Under the pieces are notes generated by a model that had not been told where the DNA came from, searched no databases, and saw only the letters and a program-made list of their open reading frames with translations. DNA of 64,000 bases, taken from positions 326,249 to 390,248 of the forward strand of contig JADJUS010000004.1 of the NCBI GenBank assembly GCA_016716905.1. Direction: 5' to 3'. The stretch is from Acidobacteriota bacterium (lineage in GTDB: Bacteria > Acidobacteriota > Vicinamibacteria > Vicinamibacterales > SCN-69-37). A program made the translations under genes and the position numbers. Positions 16,607 to 25,274 of this stretch are shown piece by piece; the first letter of the stretch is position 1, and each line of letters begins with the position of its first letter.

Positions 16607-16629
16607 AAAAAACCGGCCGAAAAGGCCGG
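16607..16629 (-). terminator. Rho-independent-terminator-like hairpin on the minus strand, upstream of the sigma-54 promoter
   Basis: Minus strand CCGGCC-TTTTC-GGCCGG followed by TTTTTT. No annotated minus-strand gene lies upstream of it. Confidence 0.5.
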
Positions 16630-16660
16630 ATCTCCGTACACTCCTTATTGGCATGCGATC

Positions 16661-16683
16661 CTGACGCATTACAAAATCGTCAG
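16661..16683. promoter_or_regulatory. Inverted repeat CTGACG-N11-CGTCAG, candidate activator-binding site (UAS)
   Basis: Perfect 6-bp arms about 90-110 bp upstream of the -24 element, inside the A/T-rich divergent intergenic region. Confidence 0.35.
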
Positions 16684-16818
16684 CCAAACCGCAAAAATGT
16701 GTAATTTGTGAGTGTAAGGTCTTCAGGGGAGGGCGACCCCTAAGTCCCATAATTGCCTCATAATACGCCCCATCTGCGTTGGCCGAATGACACTTTTGGA
16801 CCCGATTTTAGGAGCGTT

Positions 16819-18549
16819 ATGACCCCCTCCCGTATCCTGCGCCTGGCCCTGCTGATAGCACTAGGTGTGGCGGTGGTCATGTTTGCCCGGCAGTGTGGTA
16901 CCCCACAATCCGGGGCCGATACGGCGCCTCAAACCGGCGGCAAATTGGTGGCCAGTTACCGCACAGAACCCACCCATTTCAACCGTCTCGTGGAGGCGCG
17001 GCCGGGGGCTCGTCTGACGGCGTTACTCACGCAGGCCACCCTGCTCCGCGTGGACCCGAACACAGCAGAGTTGGTGCCGCGCCTTGCCACAGAGTGGACC
17101 GGAACACCCGACGGATTGACGTGGACGATCACCCTTCGCAGTGGCGTACGTTTTTCCGACGGCACGGCCTTCACCGCGTCGGATGTGTTGTTCACATTCC
17201 AGGCGATCTACGACGACCGCGTGAAGAGTCCTCTGGCGCAGGACATGCGCGCCAAAGGCCAGCCCTTCCAGCTGCGCGCCATCGACGATCACCACATCGT
17301 GCTCACCTTCCCCTCCCCGTTCGGACAAGGCCTGGCCATTCTCGATAGCGTGCCTATCCTGCCTCGCCACAAACTCCAGGCAGCGTTTGATGCCGGTACG
17401 TTCCGCGACGCCTGGAGCCCGAGCTCGAATCTCTCGGAGATGGCTGGTCTGGGCCCGTTCATCCTCAAGGAGTACGTGCCTGCGCAGCACCTGCGATTTG
17501 TCAGGAACCCCAACTTCTGGCGCACGGACGCCACTGGACAGAAGCTGCCGTATCTCGACGAACTCGAGGTGCAGATTGTGCCCGAACAAAATGCCGAACT
17601 CCTGCGCCTGCAGTCGGGCACGACAGATCTCACCAACGGCGGTGCGCGCGCGGAAGACCTCGCCATGCTGCGCGATGCGGAAACCGCCGGCCGCGTCAGG
17701 CTCGTTGATGCCGGCCCCGCGATAGACGTCAGCACACTCTGGTTCAATCTCACTCCAGGTTCGAAGGCCGTCGCTGACAAACCCTGGCTGGCGCAGGAGG
17801 CATTTCGCCGTGCGATCTCACACGCGGTGAACCGGCAGGCCATCGTTGACACCGTGCATCTGGGCGCCGCGGTGGTGGTGTATGGCCCGGTGTCACCGGG
17901 CCATGGCGACTGGTTCGTGCCCGATCTTGGAGCCACGCCGTTTGACCTCGCTCGCGCGCTCACGCTCCTCACGTCGATCGGTCTGCAGGATCGCAACGGC
18001 GACGGCGTGCTTGACGACGCGTCCAATCGGCCCGTCGAGTTTTCGCTCTTCACGCAGAGTGGACACACCGAGCGCGAACGCACGAGCACACTCGTGGGCG
18101 AACAGTTGCGCCAGGTCGGCATCAAGGTGAATGTGGTCCCGATGGATCAGCGGGTCGTACAGGCGCGGTTCGGGAGTGGCGACTACGAAGCGATCTACTA
18201 CGGCGCGCAGGCCAGCTCAAAAGACCCGACCAGCAACCGTGGGTTCTGGTTAAGCAATGGCCCCATGCACTTCTGGAACCCCAATCAGCTGACGCCGGGC
18301 TCGGAGTGGGAAGGCCGCATCGACGCGCTCCTGCAGCAGGTGGCCGAGACGATGGACCCTGCCGAACGAAAGCGGCTGTTCACCGAGGCGCAGCAACTCC
18401 TCGCCGACCATGTGCCGGCGCTGTGGTTTGCGGCGCCGCATGTGTCCGTGCCGATGAGTGCGCGGGTGGGCGGAGCGAGGCCAACAGTCATCCAGCCGCC
18501 GGTGTTGTGGAACGCGGAAGAACTGTTCGTCCTGGGTCCGCGTCGGTGA
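16819..18549 (+). CDS. ABC transporter substrate-binding protein, family 5 (Opp/Dpp peptide-binding type)
   Basis: AGGAG 5 nt before ATG 16819. Signal/anchor RILRLALLIALGVAVVMFA. SBP_bac_5-like sequence (LVPRLATEWT..DGLTWTITLR.GVRFSDG). Confidence 0.85.
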   Translation: MTPSRILRLALLIALGVAVVMFARQCGTPQSGADTAPQTGGKLVASYRTEPTHFNRLVEARPGARLTALLTQATLLRVDPNTAELVPRLATEWTGTPDGLTWTITLRSGVRFSDGTAFTASDVLFTFQAIYDDRVKSPLAQDMRAKGQPFQLRAIDDHHIVLTFPSPFGQGLAILDSVPILPRHKLQAAFDAGTFRDAWSPSSNLSEMAGLGPFILKEYVPAQHLRFVRNPNFWRTDATGQKLPYLDELEVQIVPEQNAELLRLQSGTTDLTNGGARAEDLAMLRDAETAGRVRLVDAGPAIDVSTLWFNLTPGSKAVADKPWLAQEAFRRAISHAVNRQAIVDTVHLGAAVVVYGPVSPGHGDWFVPDLGATPFDLARALTLLTSIGLQDRNGDGVLDDASNRPVEFSLFTQSGHTERERTSTLVGEQLRQVGIKVNVVPMDQRVVQARFGSGDYEAIYYGAQASSKDPTSNRGFWLSNGPMHFWNPNQLTPGSEWEGRIDALLQQVAETMDPAERKRLFTEAQQLLADHVPALWFAAPHVSVPMSARVGGARPTVIQPPVLWNAEELFVLGPRR

Positions 18550-19466
18550 TCCACGCCACGGCGGCGTACGTCGCACGCCGACTGGTGGCCGCGCTCGTTC
18601 TCGTGCTCTCGGTGTCAACCGCCGCGTTCGTCCTGGCGCGTCTCGCACCCGGAGATGAAACCACGGCTGACGTGATGGAAGGTGTCGACCCGAAGGTGAC
18701 CGCGGACACGCGGGAACGGCTCGGACTCGACCGGCCGTTTCCTGTCCAGTTGGCGCACTTCACCTGGGACTTGCTGCGACTCGATCTGGGCGAATCCGCA
18801 AGGTACGATCGGCCCGTTGCGGCACTGGTCGGCGAACGCGGCGCCAACACCGCCCGCCTGGCGTTTGTCGCACTGTTGCTCGCCACACTCATCGGACTCC
18901 CTCTCGGCGTGGTGACCGGCGCCTACTCCGGGACGTGGTTTTCAAGGCTGCTGTCGATCGCCTCGATCGCCGTACTCGCCTGTCCGCCTCTGGTCGCGGT
19001 GTTGGTTCTGCTGTATGTCGCGGCGATCACAGGGTGGGTGTCGGTGGCGTCTGGAGATCTGCTGGTGCCGGCGCTCGCCCTCGGACTGCCTGTCGGCGCG
19101 GCACTCGAGCGCCTGCAATCGCAGGCCACACACGACGCCATGGCATCACCCGACCTGCTGGCGGCCGCCGCTCGCGGCATCCCGCCTCATCGGCTGGTCT
19201 GGGTGCATGCCGCACGCCAGTCGTTGCGACCCGTGCTGGGCGTCTACGGCATCGTGATCGGCAGCCTCTTCAGCGGTTCGATGGCCGTTGAGTTCGCCAC
19301 GTCATGGCCCGGACTTGGCCGTTTAATGCTCGAGGCGGTGCAGCACGGCGACGTCCGCCTGGTGGCTGGATGTGTGTTCGCCGGTGGCATCTGCCTCGCC
19401 GTCGGCAACCTTGCGGCTGATGCCCTTCGGTCACTCGCCGACCCCAGAGTGAGGGACCTGTCGTGA
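18546..19466 (+). CDS. ABC transporter permease (OppB/DppB type)
   Basis: GTG 18546 overlaps the SBP stop (GTGA). YVARRL... N-terminus typical of OppB. Multiple TM segments. Confidence 0.8.
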   Translation: MIHATAAYVARRLVAALVLVLSVSTAAFVLARLAPGDETTADVMEGVDPKVTADTRERLGLDRPFPVQLAHFTWDLLRLDLGESARYDRPVAALVGERGANTARLAFVALLLATLIGLPLGVVTGAYSGTWFSRLLSIASIAVLACPPLVAVLVLLYVAAITGWVSVASGDLLVPALALGLPVGAALERLQSQATHDAMASPDLLAAAARGIPPHRLVWVHAARQSLRPVLGVYGIVIGSLFSGSMAVEFATSWPGLGRLMLEAVQHGDVRLVAGCVFAGGICLAVGNLAADALRSLADPRVRDLS

Positions 19467-20455
19467 TTCGCCGCGCTGCAGGCGCCGTGTTGCTCGCCAT
19501 CGTGCTGATGGCGACGGCCGCGCCGTGGATTTCGTCCAACCGTCCCGATCTGCCGTTTGACGATCGCGCGTACGCGCCGCCCATGCGCGTGCATCTGCGC
19601 GATGCCGCCGGGTGGCACGCGCCGTTTGTCTACCAGCAGCGTCTCGTCCATCGCATCAACCGCACGTATGTCGACGATCACACGGCCCGCGTGCCGCTGC
19701 GATGGTTTGCGAACGGTCACCTCGTGTCGATCGATCCCGGCGCCGGCCCGTTGCTCTGGTGCGGCGCAGACGCACTGGGCCGCGATCTGTGTGCCCGACT
19801 CGTGTACGGCGCCAGGTTGTCGCTTGGTGTTGCCGCGCTTGGCGCATTCGGGGCGTTGCTGCTCGGCGCGTTGCTCGGCGCCGTGGCTGGATCCTCCGGT
19901 GGCCGCCTCGACACACTCATCACAACAGTGGCCGATTTCGTGCTGGTTCTTCCCGTCGTGTACCTCGTGATCGTGCTGCGCGCCACGCGCCCCCTCGTCA
20001 TCAGCCCGGCTGAAATGTTCTGGCTCATGACGATCCTGTTCGCGCTTGCGGCCTGGCCCGACGTCGCCCGAGGGGTGCGCGCGATCGTCGCCACCGAGCG
20101 TACGCGCGATTATGCCGCCGCCGCACGCGCCCTTGGCGCCGGGCCCTGGCGAGTGATGACCCACCTGTTACCGGCCGCCTACGGATTTCTGCGCATCGAG
20201 TTTGTCCTGCTCATCCCGGCACTTCTCGTGGCCGAGTCCACGCTTTCATTCGTTGGCTTTGGATTCGGAGGGGCGACGCCCAGCTGGGGCGGACTGCTGA
20301 AGGACGGCGAAGCGTTGACGGCCATGTACTCGGCGCCATGGCTCCTGCTGCCGGCCGCCGCACTCTTTGTCGTCGTGCTCGCGCTCCAAACGGTGGCAGG
20401 CGGAAGGCCCGGTTTCCCCGCATCGATCGTTGACACAACGGCCGCGCGCCGATAG
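19463..20455 (+). CDS. ABC transporter permease (OppC/DppC type)
   Basis: Start overlaps the previous stop. LGADALGRDLCARLVYGARLSL motif typical of OppC. TM-rich. Confidence 0.8.
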   Translation: MIRRAAGAVLLAIVLMATAAPWISSNRPDLPFDDRAYAPPMRVHLRDAAGWHAPFVYQQRLVHRINRTYVDDHTARVPLRWFANGHLVSIDPGAGPLLWCGADALGRDLCARLVYGARLSLGVAALGAFGALLLGALLGAVAGSSGGRLDTLITTVADFVLVLPVVYLVIVLRATRPLVISPAEMFWLMTILFALAAWPDVARGVRAIVATERTRDYAAAARALGAGPWRVMTHLLPAAYGFLRIEFVLLIPALLVAESTLSFVGFGFGGATPSWGGLLKDGEALTAMYSAPWLLLPAAALFVVVLALQTVAGGRPGFPASIVDTTAARR

Positions 20456-20480
20456 CCTCCGGAAGGACGATGAAGATCCG

Positions 20481-21365
20481 ATGAATCTCAGTGGCGTATT
20501 TCCCCCGGTGCCGACACCGTTTGATTCGGCGACCGGCGAATTCACACCGGCGGCCCTGACAGCCAACATCAACCGGTTGCTGCGCGCACCGGTGGCCGGC
20601 GTACTCGTGCTCGGCTCGAATGGCGAAGCCGGCCTGCTCGATGAGACTGAGGCCGATCGTGTCGTCGCTGCCGCCCGCGCAGTCGTGCCGGCCGGCCGCA
20701 CGCTGCTGGTGGGCGCCGGGCGCGAGTCCACACGCGCCACGATCGCGGCGTGCGTCCGCGCTGCGGGCAATGGCGCGGACAGCGTGCTCGTTCGTGCGCC
20801 GTCGTTTTTTAAGGCGCAGATGACGCACGAGGCGCTCGTCACGCACTACCGCGCGGTGGCCGACGCCTCACCGGTGCCCGTGATGCTCTACAACGTGCCC
20901 GGCATGGCAGGCTTCAGCCTCACGGTGCCCATGGTGCGCACGCTGGCCGCACACGCGAACGTGATCGGGATCAAGGAAACCAGCAACGACCTGGAACGCC
21001 TCGGCCAGTTCGCGGCGATCACCGACAGCGGTTTCGACGTGCTGGTGGGCTGGGCGCCGGTGGCACACAGCGCGGCCGTGGCGGGTGCGCGCGGTGCCAT
21101 CATTGCCGTGGCCAACGTGCTGCCTGACGTGTGCACGCAACTGTGGTCCCTGGCCACGGCGGGCCGGCACGCCGAGGCACTTGTGCTGCAACGCCGTATC
21201 ACCACCATCGCACAGCTGGTGTCGAGCGTGCATGGTGTGGCCGGTCTCAAGTGCGCGCTCGATCTGGTGGGCGCGTATGGCGGGCCCGTGCGCGCCCCGC
21301 TCCTGCCGGTGACCGCGGCCGTGGCCGAGGACATCCGCTCGGCGCTTGCTCCATGGCAAGCGTGA
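20481..21365 (+). CDS. DapA/DHDPS-family aldolase, HOGA1-like (putative 4-hydroxy-2-oxoglutarate aldolase)
   Basis: GVFPPVPTPF, LGSNGEA (GSNGE rather than the GTTGE of DapA proper), and Schiff-base Lys context IGIKETS. Confidence 0.7.
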   Translation: MNLSGVFPPVPTPFDSATGEFTPAALTANINRLLRAPVAGVLVLGSNGEAGLLDETEADRVVAAARAVVPAGRTLLVGAGRESTRATIAACVRAAGNGADSVLVRAPSFFKAQMTHEALVTHYRAVADASPVPVMLYNVPGMAGFSLTVPMVRTLAAHANVIGIKETSNDLERLGQFAAITDSGFDVLVGWAPVAHSAAVAGARGAIIAVANVLPDVCTQLWSLATAGRHAEALVLQRRITTIAQLVSSVHGVAGLKCALDLVGAYGGPVRAPLLPVTAAVAEDIRSALAPWQA

Positions 21366-21387
21366 GACACACGCGAAGAATGTGACC

Positions 21388-22503
21388 ATGCCAAAATCCG
21401 CTCTGCCCACCACTCCACGGCTCCTCATGGGACCCGGTCCATCTCCCGTGTCGGATCGCGTGATGCAGGCCATGGCCGCACCTCCGCGATCACACCTCGA
21501 CCCGGAGTTTGTTCTCCTGCTCGACGATGTCCGCGCCCGGCTGACGACGCTGTTTCAGGCGCCGGCGGATCACTTCTCATTCGCACTCTCGGGCACCGGC
21601 ACCACGGGCATGGATGCCGCCGCCGCGAATCTGCTTGAGCCCGGCATGATGGTGCTCTGCGTCGTCAACGGCTATTTCGGCGATCGGCTGGCGCAGGTGT
21701 GCGCGCTCCATGGCGCATTTGTCGAGCGGCTCCAGGGCGAGTGGGGACAGGCGATTGATCCCGCGCAGGTTGAGCGGGCGATGAGCGACGGGCGCTTCGA
21801 CGTGGTGGCCGTCGTCCATGGGGAAACATCCACTGGTGTGCTCAATCCGGTGGGGGACATCGCCGCGATCGCGCAACAACACGATGCCCTGCTGATCGTT
21901 GATGCCGTGACGTCGCTCGGGACGGTCCCGGTGGATGTGACGTCGTGGAACGCGGACGCGTGTTATTCCTGTTCGCAGAAAGGGATTGGCGCCCCGTCGG
22001 GCCTGGCGCCGATCACGTTCTCGGCGCGCGCGCGCCAGGGGCGCGCAGACACCACGCCGTTTTCACTCGATGTTCAGAAGCTTGAGGACTTCTGGGTCCG
22101 GCGCAAGTATCACCACACGATTTCCGCGCCGATGATTTATGCCCTGCACGCCGCCCTCGCCGAGGCTGCTGAAGAGGGCCTTGAGGCGCGCTGGAAGCGG
22201 CATGCGGACGCGCACGCCGCGCTGATCTCGGGACTGGACGCCATCGGCCTTCGCCTGCTTCCGGCTCCCGCCCATCGCCTCCCAAGCCTGAACACCGTTT
22301 GTGTGCCCGACGGCGTGGACGCGGCCGAGGTGAAGGACCGCATGCTGACCAAGCACCAGATCGAAATTGGTGCCGGACTCGGGCCGCTCGCGGGCAAGGT
22401 CTGGCGAATCGGGTTGATGGGAAGCGGCGCCACCATCCACAATGTGGAGAAGGTGGTGACGGCGCTCGCAAAGTCGCTTGGCCGCACACCTCCCCGGAGG
22501 TAG
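21388..22503 (+). CDS. Class V aminotransferase (alanine-glyoxylate / serine-pyruvate aminotransferase type)
   Basis: LLMGPGPSPV N-terminus. PLP-lysine context CSQKGIGAPSGLAPITFS. Confidence 0.8.
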   Translation: MPKSALPTTPRLLMGPGPSPVSDRVMQAMAAPPRSHLDPEFVLLLDDVRARLTTLFQAPADHFSFALSGTGTTGMDAAAANLLEPGMMVLCVVNGYFGDRLAQVCALHGAFVERLQGEWGQAIDPAQVERAMSDGRFDVVAVVHGETSTGVLNPVGDIAAIAQQHDALLIVDAVTSLGTVPVDVTSWNADACYSCSQKGIGAPSGLAPITFSARARQGRADTTPFSLDVQKLEDFWVRRKYHHTISAPMIYALHAALAEAAEEGLEARWKRHADAHAALISGLDAIGLRLLPAPAHRLPSLNTVCVPDGVDAAEVKDRMLTKHQIEIGAGLGPLAGKVWRIGLMGSGATIHNVEKVVTALAKSLGRTPPRR

Positions 22504-22507
22504 GCGC

Positions 22508-23935
22508 ATGGTTCGTCGATATGGGCTCGTGGTTGTCGCCGTTGTCGCGATGGCCTGTGTCACCAATCCCGCCACCGGCCGCAGCCAGCTGAACATGCTG
22601 TCCGAAGCCCAGGAGATCGCCCTGGGACGCGAGGCCGATCAGCAAGTTCGTGCCGAGATGGGGGTCTACGACGACGCGGGTTGGCAAGCCTACGTCACGC
22701 GTGTGGGTATGGCGATGGCAAAAAAATCGCATCGCCCAAACCTGCCATGGTCGTTTGTCGTCGTGGACGCCTCGGCGGTCAATGCGTTTGCGTTGCCGGG
22801 CGGGTTCATCTACGTCACGCGTGGCATCCTGCCGTTTCTGCAGAGTGAAGCGGAACTGGCGAATGTGTTGGGGCATGAGATTGCACACGTCACGGCACTA
22901 CATGGCGCCAGTGCGTACTCCAAACAACAGCTCAGCGGTATTGGGCTCGGTGTCGGGCGGATCCTTGCGCCCGAGCGGTACCAGGTGCTGTTCGGCGTGG
23001 CTGAGGCTTCGCTGAGCTTGTTGTATCTCAAACATGGCCGTGCCGCGGAGATTGAAGCCGATCGCCTCGGCGTGGGCTACGCCTCGTCCAGCGGTTGGGA
23101 TCCGGCGGGGATGGTCGGTCTCCTCAGCACGCTCGGCCGACTGTCGGAGGCCTCGGGTTCGAGTCGCGGCGTGCCGAACTTCCTCACCACGCATCCGTTG
23201 CCTGCCGATCGCATCGAGTCCGTGAAAGCGCTGGTGACTGCCGCCCAGGGACCGGGCGCACAGACGATCAATGCGGCCGAGTTCAGTGGACGGTTGCCTG
23301 GCGTGGTGTGGGGTGACAGCCGCGAACAGGGAATCGTGCGCGGACGCGAGTTCGTGCATCCCATCCTGCGGATCGCCCTTCGATTCCCCGACGGCTGGGA
23401 GATCAGCAATGGGGCCTCGCAGGTTACGGCGCAGCCTGCGGGCGAGGCGCAGGCGGCAGTGGTGCTGCGAGTGGTGCCGAACGCCACCGGTGGGCCAGCA
23501 CAGACGGCGCGGGCCCAGATGGCGGCCGCGAAGCTCACCGAAGTCAGTGGCGGCGAAACCACCATCAACGGCCAGCGTGCCTATGTTGGCACCTATCGCG
23601 GTGAGCAGGAGGTGGTGCGCGCGGCGTTCATCGTCGCTGGGTCAACAACGTACTTGGTGGCCGGCGTCGCCACCACCCAGGCGTTTGGCAGTGCGCAGGG
23701 CACATTCGCGAACACGATCGAATCGTTCCGGACGATGACGCAGGCAGAGGCGGATCAGATCCAGCCCTTCCGCGTCGGCCAGTACACCGTGCGATCGGGC
23801 GACACGTGGTCGTCGCTCGCCGCCGCAGCGGCGCCGCGGCCGATTGGCCCGGCCACACTCGCGATCATGAACGGCGCCACGGCCGCGTCCACGCCGCCCG
23901 TTAATGCACGCATCCGCGTCGTGGTCGGCGGCTGA
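22508..23935 (+). CDS. M48-family zinc metallopeptidase lipoprotein with C-terminal LysM domain
   Basis: Lipobox-like VVAMAC. HEIAHV (HEXXH). C-terminal YTVRSGDTWSSLA LysM-like segment. Confidence 0.8.
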   Translation: MVRRYGLVVVAVVAMACVTNPATGRSQLNMLSEAQEIALGREADQQVRAEMGVYDDAGWQAYVTRVGMAMAKKSHRPNLPWSFVVVDASAVNAFALPGGFIYVTRGILPFLQSEAELANVLGHEIAHVTALHGASAYSKQQLSGIGLGVGRILAPERYQVLFGVAEASLSLLYLKHGRAAEIEADRLGVGYASSSGWDPAGMVGLLSTLGRLSEASGSSRGVPNFLTTHPLPADRIESVKALVTAAQGPGAQTINAAEFSGRLPGVVWGDSREQGIVRGREFVHPILRIALRFPDGWEISNGASQVTAQPAGEAQAAVVLRVVPNATGGPAQTARAQMAAAKLTEVSGGETTINGQRAYVGTYRGEQEVVRAAFIVAGSTTYLVAGVATTQAFGSAQGTFANTIESFRTMTQAEADQIQPFRVGQYTVRSGDTWSSLAAAAAPRPIGPATLAIMNGATAASTPPVNARIRVVVGG

Positions 23936-24618
23936 TGCGGCGAGCGCTGCGATTCGCGCTGGCGGCCGGCGCGATCATGTTCGCAATGCTCTCGTATACG
24001 TGGATGACACTGCCGGACGTGCGAGCGCTCGCGAAGACCCCACCGGCGTCAACGGCATTCATGCGCATGCGAGAGGCGCAGGCCGCGTCCCAGGACCGTA
24101 CGGCGAGGCGGCGCCACCAGTGGGTGAGTTACGACCGCATCTCGCCGAACCTGAAGCGCGCGGTGCAGGTGGCCGAGGACGCGGCGTTCTGGCAGCACCA
24201 GGGCCTGGACTTCGACGAGATTCGCGCATCACTCGAGTCCAACTGGGAGCGCGGAGAATTCGCGCGCGGCGCCTCCACCATCACGCAGCAACTTGCGAAG
24301 AACCTGTATCTGTCACCCTCGCGGAACCCGTATCGAAAAGTGCGTGAGTTGTTCATCACGCGTCGGCTCGAAGCGGAACTGTCCAAGCGCCGCATTTTTG
24401 AGCTCTACCTGAATCTGATCGAGTGGGGCGATGGCATCTGGGGCGCCCAGGCAGCTTCGCTGATCTATTTCGGGATCCCTGCGTCGGACCTGAACCAGAC
24501 GCAGGCCGCGCTGCTGGCCGGCGCGATCATCAACCCGCGCGTCTACAGCCCCGCGCGTCCCAATGCGCGGTTGCTGCGCCGTCAGCAGATCATTCTGTCG
24601 CGAATGGGCTCGGAGTAG
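23935..24618 (+). CDS. mtgA: Monofunctional biosynthetic peptidoglycan transglycosylase
   Basis: GT51 motifs EDAAFWQHQG and GASTITQQLAKN. 227 aa, single domain. Confidence 0.88.
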   Translation: MRRALRFALAAGAIMFAMLSYTWMTLPDVRALAKTPPASTAFMRMREAQAASQDRTARRRHQWVSYDRISPNLKRAVQVAEDAAFWQHQGLDFDEIRASLESNWERGEFARGASTITQQLAKNLYLSPSRNPYRKVRELFITRRLEAELSKRRIFELYLNLIEWGDGIWGAQAASLIYFGIPASDLNQTQAALLAGAIINPRVYSPARPNARLLRRQQIILSRMGSE

Positions 24619-25198
24619 CTGCCAGCACCCGTCGCGCGCCCACGTACCGCGATGTCCAATACGACGCTCGCATCTGGTCGATGCGCACCACACCCGATGC
24701 GGCGGGCGCGTGCACAAACTCAACGGCACTGATCGCCAATCCCACATGAGACGGCCCGGGTGCGACGGTGGAGAAGAACACCAGGTCGCCCGCACGCACG
24801 TTCCGCAGATCCACGCGGGTGCCGAGCGCATACTGCTCGGCGGCGGTGCGGGGTGCCGGCACCGAATGCTGCGCCAGCACGTATCGGACGAATCCGCTGC
24901 AATCAAATCCGCTCGCCGGGCTGTCGCCGCCCCAGAGATACGGTACGCCCTGGAATCGCAGCGCGGTCTTCAGCACGGCGCTCGCGACGGGGCTCCACGG
25001 CGCCTGATCCGCATTGGGCTTGATCGCAGTCGGCGATGGTACGTTGGGAAACGGCGACGGGTAGGCGCCGCCTTGTGTCATCGCCCGTGCGGCACAGACC
25101 GCCGACGACATTGAGAGCACCATTACCAGGCCGATCCGCCAGGCGCGGTTCGCGCGTTGCATCACCGCCATATCGGCCGTTCGGGTGCCGGCCGCCAT
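24590..25198 (-). CDS. C40-family peptidoglycan endopeptidase (NlpC/P60)
   Basis: FDCSGFVRYV catalytic Cys context, GDLVFF, SHVGLAI. Signal peptide. Confidence 0.85.
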   Translation of the reverse strand: MAAGTRTADMAVMQRANRAWRIGLVMVLSMSSAVCAARAMTQGGAYPSPFPNVPSPTAIKPNADQAPWSPVASAVLKTALRFQGVPYLWGGDSPASGFDCSGFVRYVLAQHSVPAPRTAAEQYALGTRVDLRNVRAGDLVFFSTVAPGPSHVGLAISAVEFVHAPAASGVVRIDQMRASYWTSRYVGARRVLAATPSPFATE

Positions 25199-25274
25199 GG
25201 CATGGCTCTAACCTGCTGATAACGTTGATGTTACCTCCCGTCACCGCTTGACACCGCGTCCCAGCTGACCGACA

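Noticed and set aside
16648-16664. Plus-strand TGGCATGCGATCCTGA as a sigma-54 promoter for the Opp-like operon.
   Set aside because: The -12 element lacks the invariant GC at the correct spacing (CCTG instead of TTGC).
18306-18545. N-terminal 80-aa extension of the permease ORF overlapping the binding-protein gene.
   Set aside because: The extension is Arg/Ala/Gly-rich read-through of the upstream gene in another frame. GTG 18546, overlapping the upstream stop, gives a canonical OppB N-terminus.
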